From an uncultured Acidimicrobiaceae bacterium (lineage in GTDB: Bacteria > Actinomycetota > Acidimicrobiia > Acidimicrobiales > MedAcidi-G1): a stretch of DNA of 64,000 bases. The notes under the pieces are model-generated. The model saw nothing but the letters and a program-made list of their open reading frames with translations. It ran no database searches and was not told the DNA's origin. How positions within the stretch are numbered: position 1 is the stretch's first letter; every line of letters begins with the position of its first letter. The DNA lies in contig CAWVUB010000001.1 in the NCBI GenBank assembly GCA_963933065.1, positions 1,508-65,507 of the forward strand, written 5' to 3'. This document shows, in pieces, positions 58,504 through 64,000 of the stretch. A program made the translations under genes and the position numbers.

Positions 58504-58720
58504 GTCGATTTATCTCTCATTCCTTTGACTCGTTTCGCAGCCCGAGTCGGTGGCCGCTCCGCCCAGACGATCGCCCCGGACAACACAGTTCTCTCACATT
58601 GGACTTAAAACCTCCGTAAAGAGAGGTTTAAAGAAAGTTCGACAAGGTCTGTTGGGGCGTCGTAGTCAGGTAGCGGAACCTTCTGCCCGCAACCAGCTTG
58701 AAGTGTCTGGTGGGTGAGTC

Positions 58721-58741
58721 CGAATCACTTAAAGTGATTCG
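58721..58741. promoter_or_regulatory. Perfect 21-bp palindrome (10-1-10), operator-like
   Basis: CGAATCACTT-A-AAGTGATTCG lies between the divergent whiB-family gene and the Na/Pi transporter gene. Confidence 0.3.
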
Positions 58742-58762
58742 TTTACCTTTTGTTTACCTAAC
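58741..58762 (+). promoter_or_regulatory. Candidate PHO box (two 11-nt direct repeat units, core GTTTACC)
   Basis: GTTTACCTTTT GTTTACCTAAC lies about 100-125 nt upstream of the Na/Pi transporter start. There is one mismatch per core to the GTTCACC PhoP unit. Confidence 0.35.
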
Positions 58763-58862
58763 GGACAGGCAGAAGCAAGGTAAGAAATCTAAGTTACAAC
58801 TGACCGAGTGGTCGGATGTCTCAGATTCCGGCCTTCTTAGCAAAAGCGATGGGCCGGCGTAA

Positions 58863-60032
58863 TTGAACATGATTGAATCTGTGAGTGATTTGCCCTCCCT
58901 TAACCGGGTTGGTTCCTCTCAGAGAGAAATGCCCACTTTGGCTCGAGCTGCGCTCGTTGTGGCCCTGCTGTATCTGTTCCTTACCGGTGTCGAGTTACTC
59001 AGTGGTGGCTTCAAGACAATGGGCAAGGGTTTTGTCGACGGCCTTTTCGAAGGAGTCTCCAATCCATTGGCTGGCCTGTTCGTTGGCTTGTTGGCTACGG
59101 TGCTTGTGCAGTCGTCGTCAGTGTCGACGTCGGTGATCGTCGGCCTAGTTGCCTCGGGGGTTGTCGGCTCTAGCGAGGCTGTACCGATGGTCATGGGCGC
59201 CAATCTCGGTACGACGGTCACCAACACACTCGCTTCGCTTGGTCACATGCGCCGCGACAACGAATTTCGTCGGGCGTTTGCTGCCGCGACTGTCCACGAC
59301 CTCTTCAACATTCTCGCTGTCGCTGTATTTCTGCCGATCGAACTAGCCACTGGTTACCTATCAAAGACAGCCACTTGGATTACCGGGAAGGTGCTGGGGA
59401 GTTCTGGCGCGTCCTTTAAGAGCCCCTTAAAGACAGCAGTAAAGAAACCGGCTGGCATCGTCAAGGACCTTTTGTCGGATGTTGGTGCCCACGGCAACTG
59501 GAAGGGCGGGCTGATGATTGCCATTGGCCTTGCTTTTATCTTCCTGGCGTTGGCTTTCATCACCCGAAACATGCGGCTCTTGGTCGCCGACCGGGTTGAG
59601 GCTGCAATAAACCGGGCACTAGGAGCTGGGTCAGGGATTGTTGCCATCATTTTGGGAACCATCATCACCATCTCGGTGCAGTCGTCTTCGATTACGACCT
59701 CTGTGCTCGTTCCTCTAGCTGCTTCTGGTGTATTGACGTTGGAAAACATTTATCCGGTGACCTTGGGGGCAAACGTGGGGACCACAGTCACTGCGCTGCT
59801 GGCGTCCTTGGCCACTGGCAACCCAGCGGCGGTCACTGTGGCCATCGTTCACACTCTCTTCAACATAAGTGGGATCCTAGTTTTCTATCCCTTGAAGGCT
59901 CTCCGTCGTATACCCGTCCGGCTGGCCACAGGACTGTCTTACCTGGCAGCGGAACGGCGCACTACTGCAGTTGCCTACGCGATAGGCATGTTTGTAGTGG
60001 TCCCCCTAGTCGGGGTGCTGCTTCTCCGATGA
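58863..60032 (+). CDS. Na+/phosphate cotransporter (NptA/type II-related) family protein
   Basis: Duplicated QSSS motifs (VQSSSVSTSVIVGL; VQSSSITTSVLVPL) and GANLGTT/GANVGTT. ATG 58869 is also a possible start. Confidence 0.75.
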   Translation: MNMIESVSDLPSLNRVGSSQREMPTLARAALVVALLYLFLTGVELLSGGFKTMGKGFVDGLFEGVSNPLAGLFVGLLATVLVQSSSVSTSVIVGLVASGVVGSSEAVPMVMGANLGTTVTNTLASLGHMRRDNEFRRAFAAATVHDLFNILAVAVFLPIELATGYLSKTATWITGKVLGSSGASFKSPLKTAVKKPAGIVKDLLSDVGAHGNWKGGLMIAIGLAFIFLALAFITRNMRLLVADRVEAAINRALGAGSGIVAIILGTIITISVQSSSITTSVLVPLAASGVLTLENIYPVTLGANVGTTVTALLASLATGNPAAVTVAIVHTLFNISGILVFYPLKALRRIPVRLATGLSYLAAERRTTAVAYAIGMFVVVPLVGVLLLR

Positions 60033-60123
60033 TGCCGTTGACGATTACTCGCTGCCTTACCGCCCCCACTGCGCTCGTTGCTGCCGGTACTGTCTCTATG
60101 GTGAAGTTAGGAGTAGTTACGCC

Positions 60124-60792
60124 ATGGTCATGAGTTTTTTTCGCCGCAAGGATGACAGCGGCATAGATCACATTGAGGCGCAGGTGCAGCGCATGGTCAC
60201 TGACGCTCGCCACACCTTCGACTTAGCCATGAACGCCATTACCGGTGGCTTAGTGTCTTCGGTAGCTGAAGAAGTAAGGCGCACTGACCGCCAGATCAAC
60301 ATCACCGAGATGGAAATTAGGCGAGAGCTTGTTGTGCATTTTTCAGTGCACGCCGGTGGAGACGCCACCGAAATGCTTGTGTTCATGAACATGGTTAAGG
60401 ACCTTGAACGCATCGGCGACTACAACAAGAACGTCTTTGACTTGGCTGAGGAAAGCGTGTCCTTCGCTGCAGCCGACGACCTCGAACGAATTCTTGGCTT
60501 CCGTGACGAAATCTCATCTCGGATCGCCTTGATGGGCGAGATTCTTACGGCTCGTGACGAGGAGCGGGCCAGGGCTTATATCGCCCGGGGTGACGAACTC
60601 CGCCAAGAGTTCGACGCCTTAGTCGCCGAACTAGTTCACTCCACCGAGCCCGGCCTGCACGCTGTACCCCGCGCCCTGCTCTACCGCTTCTTAAAGCGGA
60701 TCACTGCCCACAGTGTGAACGTGGTTACCGCCGTAGTCATGCCCGTTGACCGTCTCGATTACTTCGACGAACATGGCGATACCCGTATCTGA
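60124..60792 (+). CDS. PhoU-domain protein
   Basis: 222 aa, helical. DLERIGDYNKNVFDLAE resembles the PhoU E-x-IGD repeat. Follows the Na/Pi transporter. Confidence 0.65.
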   Translation: MVMSFFRRKDDSGIDHIEAQVQRMVTDARHTFDLAMNAITGGLVSSVAEEVRRTDRQINITEMEIRRELVVHFSVHAGGDATEMLVFMNMVKDLERIGDYNKNVFDLAEESVSFAAADDLERILGFRDEISSRIALMGEILTARDEERARAYIARGDELRQEFDALVAELVHSTEPGLHAVPRALLYRFLKRITAHSVNVVTAVVMPVDRLDYFDEHGDTRI

Positions 60793-60866
60793 CCGAGGTT
60801 TAGCCCTTTTTGATACTGCGGTGACCAAGCGGCCCAACTGGTGGCGTCAGCCCCTAGGGTCAAAGT

Positions 60867-61658
60867 GTGCGGATCTTAGTCACCAACGATGATGGAATCT
60901 CCTCGCCTGGTTTACACGCGCTTGCTGTCGCTGTAGCTGAAGAGGGTCACGAACCGGTAATCGCAGCGCCCTCGAGCGACTGGAGTGGGGCATCAGCCTG
61001 TCTTGGCCCCCTCGACGATCCTGACCGCGTACGAGTCGAACGAGTGAATCTCGATGGTTTGCCGACTATTGGCTACGCCGTGGGAGCTCCACCGGCGCTG
61101 ATCACCATGTTGGCTGACTTGGGCGGCTTTGGACCTCCCCCAGATTTAGTGGTGGCTGGCATCAACCGAGGCCTGAATACCGGACGTTCAACCTTGTTTT
61201 CAGGAACGATTGGGGCTATTTTGGCTGGTGAGCGATTCGGTCTTTCCGGTATGGCAGTGAGCGCTGACGTTCAGGTGACTGGGGCTCTAGGCGCTGATGG
61301 ACCAGTCCATTGGGAAACCGCTGCTGCAGTGGCTAAGACAGTCCTACCGTGGTTAATCTCCGCCCCGAGCCGCACGTTGCTAAATCTGAACGTCCCTGAC
61401 CTAGCCCTGACTGAGATTCAGGGCATTCGGTGGGCTGGCTTAGCCCCAGTGGGCGGAGTTCGGACGGTCATTACAGGAAATGACCCGACTGGTCTAAACC
61501 TCGACTTAGTGACCAATGATGAGCTCATGCCTGACAGCTCTGATACAGCGCTAGTGCGCTCTGGTTGGACGACGGTGACCCCGCTGGTGCCCACCAGCGC
61601 AGCCAAGATGTCCCTGCCCGTCGACAAGTGGGAACGGGCGCTCGGGCTGGGAGACTGA
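60867..61658 (+). CDS. surE: 5'/3'-nucleotidase SurE
   Basis: MRILVTNDDGISSPGL and GINRGLNTG, SGTIGA motifs. Confidence 0.9.
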   Translation: MRILVTNDDGISSPGLHALAVAVAEEGHEPVIAAPSSDWSGASACLGPLDDPDRVRVERVNLDGLPTIGYAVGAPPALITMLADLGGFGPPPDLVVAGINRGLNTGRSTLFSGTIGAILAGERFGLSGMAVSADVQVTGALGADGPVHWETAAAVAKTVLPWLISAPSRTLLNLNVPDLALTEIQGIRWAGLAPVGGVRTVITGNDPTGLNLDLVTNDELMPDSSDTALVRSGWTTVTPLVPTSAAKMSLPVDKWERALGLGD

Positions 61659-61755
61659 CCCCGTGGGTATCGCCGGTCGTCGACGACGTACGGATCATTT
61701 CAGGCATCGCACTGCTTCTTCTGGTCAGCCACCAGGTAGCCGAGTGGCTTCTGAA

Positions 61756-62796
61756 ATGGGCGTAACCACGTCGGGTCCTACAAGTGCTGAGGCCCTTGAC
61801 ATGTTGTCGACGGGGATCGTGCTGGCCGACAGGACCGGGCAGATGGTCCGCCGAAACGCAGCTGCTGATGCTCTAGTTGACTCGTGGGACGATGGGGTCG
61901 TGGGCCGACGAGTACTGGAGCGTCTCAGTGATGCGGTACGCCCCGGTGCCAGCGCAACCATCGAGCAGGTCCGTACCCCTGGGGTGCAGCCTCGGGTGTA
62001 CGAGGTAACTGTCCGACCGGTAGGTACTGGGTCACCCATTGGTCAGATCACTAATGGGGCAGTGGCTCTGTTTGAAGACATTACGGAGAGGGTTCGAGTC
62101 GAGGCGGTCCGGCGAGACTTTGTAGCCAATGTAAGCCATGAGCTCAAAACGCCAGTGGGAGCAATCAGCCTTCTAGCAGAGGCGCTGGAGGGTGAACGAG
62201 ATCCGGAAGTGGTGGAACGACTCACTGGTCGTATTGGGAATGAGGCCCGACGTGTCTCCGGTCTGGTAGAGGATCTATTGGATCTGCGGTCTATTGAGGA
62301 GGGTGATGTTGGAGGGGCCACGACTGTGGATTTGGTTGAGGTCGCTGCCGAAGTTCTCGAACGAGTTGAGCCGTTGGCCCAAAGGCGAGGCGTTTCTCTT
62401 AAGGCAGAACTACCTGCATCGGCCGAGGTCATCGGGATCCACACTCAGTTACTGAGTCTGTTACGGAACTTGGTAGAAAACGGCGTGAAGTACTCGGATA
62501 CCGGCGGTTCAGTGCAACTTAATATTGCTAAAAACGGCAATGAGATAGTGGTGCGGGTAACCGACCGAGGAATGGGGATCCCTCAGCGCGACCACGACAG
62601 GGTCTTCGAGCGCTTTTACAGGGTGGACCGGGCGCGAACTCGAGACACTGGCGGTTCTGGTTTGGGCCTGTCGATTGTTCGCAATGTCGTGCAAGGGCAC
62701 AGGGGCAACGTAGAACTGACGTCTCAGGAGGGTGAGGGGACGACGGTGACAGTGCGTCTGCCAATAGGGCTAGTGCCGCCAGAGGCGGACCATTGA
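61756..62796 (+). CDS. senX3: PAS-containing sensor histidine kinase, SenX3-like
   Basis: RRDFVANVSHELKTP H-box, N-box NLVENGVKYS, DRGMGI and GGSGLGLSIV. ATG 61756 is preferred as the start; the ORF opens at GTG 61663 with an Arg-rich, non-protein-like leader. Confidence 0.75.
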   Translation: MGVTTSGPTSAEALDMLSTGIVLADRTGQMVRRNAAADALVDSWDDGVVGRRVLERLSDAVRPGASATIEQVRTPGVQPRVYEVTVRPVGTGSPIGQITNGAVALFEDITERVRVEAVRRDFVANVSHELKTPVGAISLLAEALEGERDPEVVERLTGRIGNEARRVSGLVEDLLDLRSIEEGDVGGATTVDLVEVAAEVLERVEPLAQRRGVSLKAELPASAEVIGIHTQLLSLLRNLVENGVKYSDTGGSVQLNIAKNGNEIVVRVTDRGMGIPQRDHDRVFERFYRVDRARTRDTGGSGLGLSIVRNVVQGHRGNVELTSQEGEGTTVTVRLPIGLVPPEADH

Positions 62797-63542
62797 GCGC
62801 TGTTCGAGTCCTCGTTGTCGAAGACGAGCCTTCATTTGCTGATGCCCTTCAGGTTGGATTGGCCCGTGAGGGTTTTGAGGTCAATGTGGTGCACGACGGA
62901 GCTGCAGCGCTTGAGGTCTTTGACCAATGCCCTGTTGACTTGGTTTTGTTAGATCTGATGCTCCCCAAGTTGTCGGGCATTGACGTTTGTAGGGAGATCC
63001 GAACAAAGTCCACGGTGCCGATCATCATGGTGACAGCGCGTAGCGAAGAGTTAGACACGGTCGTTGGTCTGGAGGTGGGAGCAGACGACTACGTGACCAA
63101 GCCCTACCGGTTACGTGAGTTGGTGGCACGGATGCGGGCCGTGTTACGTCGCGTCGATACGAAAGCGCCCCTGGCTGATCGTGGTGCTAATAGTCCTACG
63201 GGGATAGATGAGGCCGTGCCAAACGCTGGCAGGGTGCAGGTGGGCGACGTCGTCGTCGACCGTGATCGTCACGAAGTCATCGTGGAAGGTGCTGTAGTGC
63301 CTATGCCGCTTCGAGAGTTTGAACTACTGGCCTTTCTCATGGAAAACGCCGGCCGTGTACTTACTAGGGATGTACTTATCGACCGGATATGGGGCTACGA
63401 CTACGTAGGTGATACCAAGACTCTTGATGTTCACGTTAAGCGGATTCGAACGCGTGTTGAGGAAGATCCCAAAAACCCAAACTTGATCGTCACCGTTCGA
63501 GGGGTTGGCTATAAGGCCGAACGTTTGACGCCTTCCCAATGA
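62793..63542 (+). CDS. regX3: OmpR-family response regulator, RegX3-like
   Basis: VLVVEDEPSFADAL, LLDLMLP, GADDYVTKPY and DYVGDTKTLDVHVKRIRTR are nearly colinear with mycobacterial RegX3. The inter-domain linker is about 15 aa longer. Confidence 0.8.
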   Translation: MSAVRVLVVEDEPSFADALQVGLAREGFEVNVVHDGAAALEVFDQCPVDLVLLDLMLPKLSGIDVCREIRTKSTVPIIMVTARSEELDTVVGLEVGADDYVTKPYRLRELVARMRAVLRRVDTKAPLADRGANSPTGIDEAVPNAGRVQVGDVVVDRDRHEVIVEGAVVPMPLREFELLAFLMENAGRVLTRDVLIDRIWGYDYVGDTKTLDVHVKRIRTRVEEDPKNPNLIVTVRGVGYKAERLTPSQ

Positions 63543-64000
63543 GTGACAGCAGATCTCAGCCCAGGCCACCAGTTGGCCCGTTCACTCGGTTGGGCCGGAC
63601 CCATGGGTTAGGGGCTATGTCAGACGCCATGTTGGCAGTCGCTCTCGCAGGTTCAATATTTTTTTCTATTGACCCCAGTGCAGCTCGCTGGCGTGTCGCG
63701 CTGTATCTGCTGCTGACTATCGCCCCGTTTGCTGTGGTCACCCCGCTCCTTGGCCCACTGGTCGACCGGGTTCGGGGTGGGCGTCGGGGAATGATCGTGA
63801 CCACGATTGTGGCCCGGCTACTAATTGCATGGCAGATGATTGAGCACATTGATGGGCTGATGCTGTTCCCACTGGCTTTCGGACTGTTGGTCATGCAGAA
63901 GACGTACTCGATTGCCAAGAGCGCAGTGGTCCCTTCATTGGTCCGTAGTCAACTGCAACTGGTAGAGGCCAACGCCAAGTTGGCCATGCTCAGTTCTGTA
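63539..64000 (+). CDS. MFS-type transporter, N-terminal part (continues past window end)
   Basis: Hand-translated: the ATG overlaps the regX3 stop (ATGA). MSDSRSQ...MLAVALAGSIFFSI...LLLTIAPFAVVTPLLGPLVDRVRGGRRGMIV. The frame has no stop before 64000, which is why it is absent from the ORF track. Confidence 0.5.
   Translation, partial: MSDSRSQPRPPVGPFTRLGRTHGLGAMSDAMLAVALAGSIFFSIDPSAARWRVALYLLLTIAPFAVVTPLLGPLVDRVRGGRRGMIVTTIVARLLIAWQMIEHIDGLMLFPLAFGLLVMQKTYSIAKSAVVPSLVRSQLQLVEANAKLAMLSSV

Noticed and set aside
1-64000. Looked for mobile elements, CRISPR arrays, prophage, integrase/transposase, toxin-antitoxin or known defence genes.
   Set aside because: No ORF translation shows transposase/integrase/Cas-like motifs. 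I saw no regularly spaced direct repeats and no tRNA-flanked island. The gene content is core metabolism throughout.

Overview
This is a 64-kb, gene-dense, high-GC actinobacterial chromosomal segment. Lineage markers are three WhiB-family genes, GlnR, a SenX3/RegX3-like pair, Sdh1-type sdhCAB and actinobacterial-type TopA C-terminal repeats; the lineage cannot be fixed without a search. I support about 65 protein-coding genes and one tRNA. Nearly all are core housekeeping or central metabolism: selA-selB, Fe-S carriers (mrp, erpA), a nitrogen cluster (glnA-glnR divergent from glnII-nadE), a group 1/2 sigma factor, tRNA-Sec, an RsbV/RsbW-like pair, nhaA, topA, tmk-holB, sucCD-purNH-folD-icd, a heterodimeric ABC exporter, mdh, sdhCAB, tatA and a phosphate cluster (Na/Pi transporter, PhoU-like, surE, senX3-regX3). 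I saw no transposase, integrase, phage, CRISPR or toxin-antitoxin signatures, so this is not an obvious mobile or defence island. The observations most worth follow-up are: (1) topA contains an in-frame insert of about 150 aa that reads like the 2B subdomain of UvrD/PcrA/Rep helicases. (2) Two adjacent glycoside-hydrolase-family genes (GH2-like and GH1-like) both lack the catalytic nucleophile glutamate, and the GH2-like one also lacks its acid/base, giving a tandem pair of apparent pseudo-glycosidases. (3) A stand-alone PEP-utilising phosphohistidine swivel-domain protein is translationally coupled to two proteins I cannot assign. (4) A Sec-decoding set (selA, selB, tRNA-Sec) is present with no selD and no recognisable UGA-recoded gene in the window. 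(5) There is a shortened [2Fe-2S]/molybdenum-hydroxylase-like fusion protein. Candidate GlnR and PHO boxes are also reported. All functional calls come from reading the supplied translations and the DNA against remembered family motifs; no database search or folding program was available.
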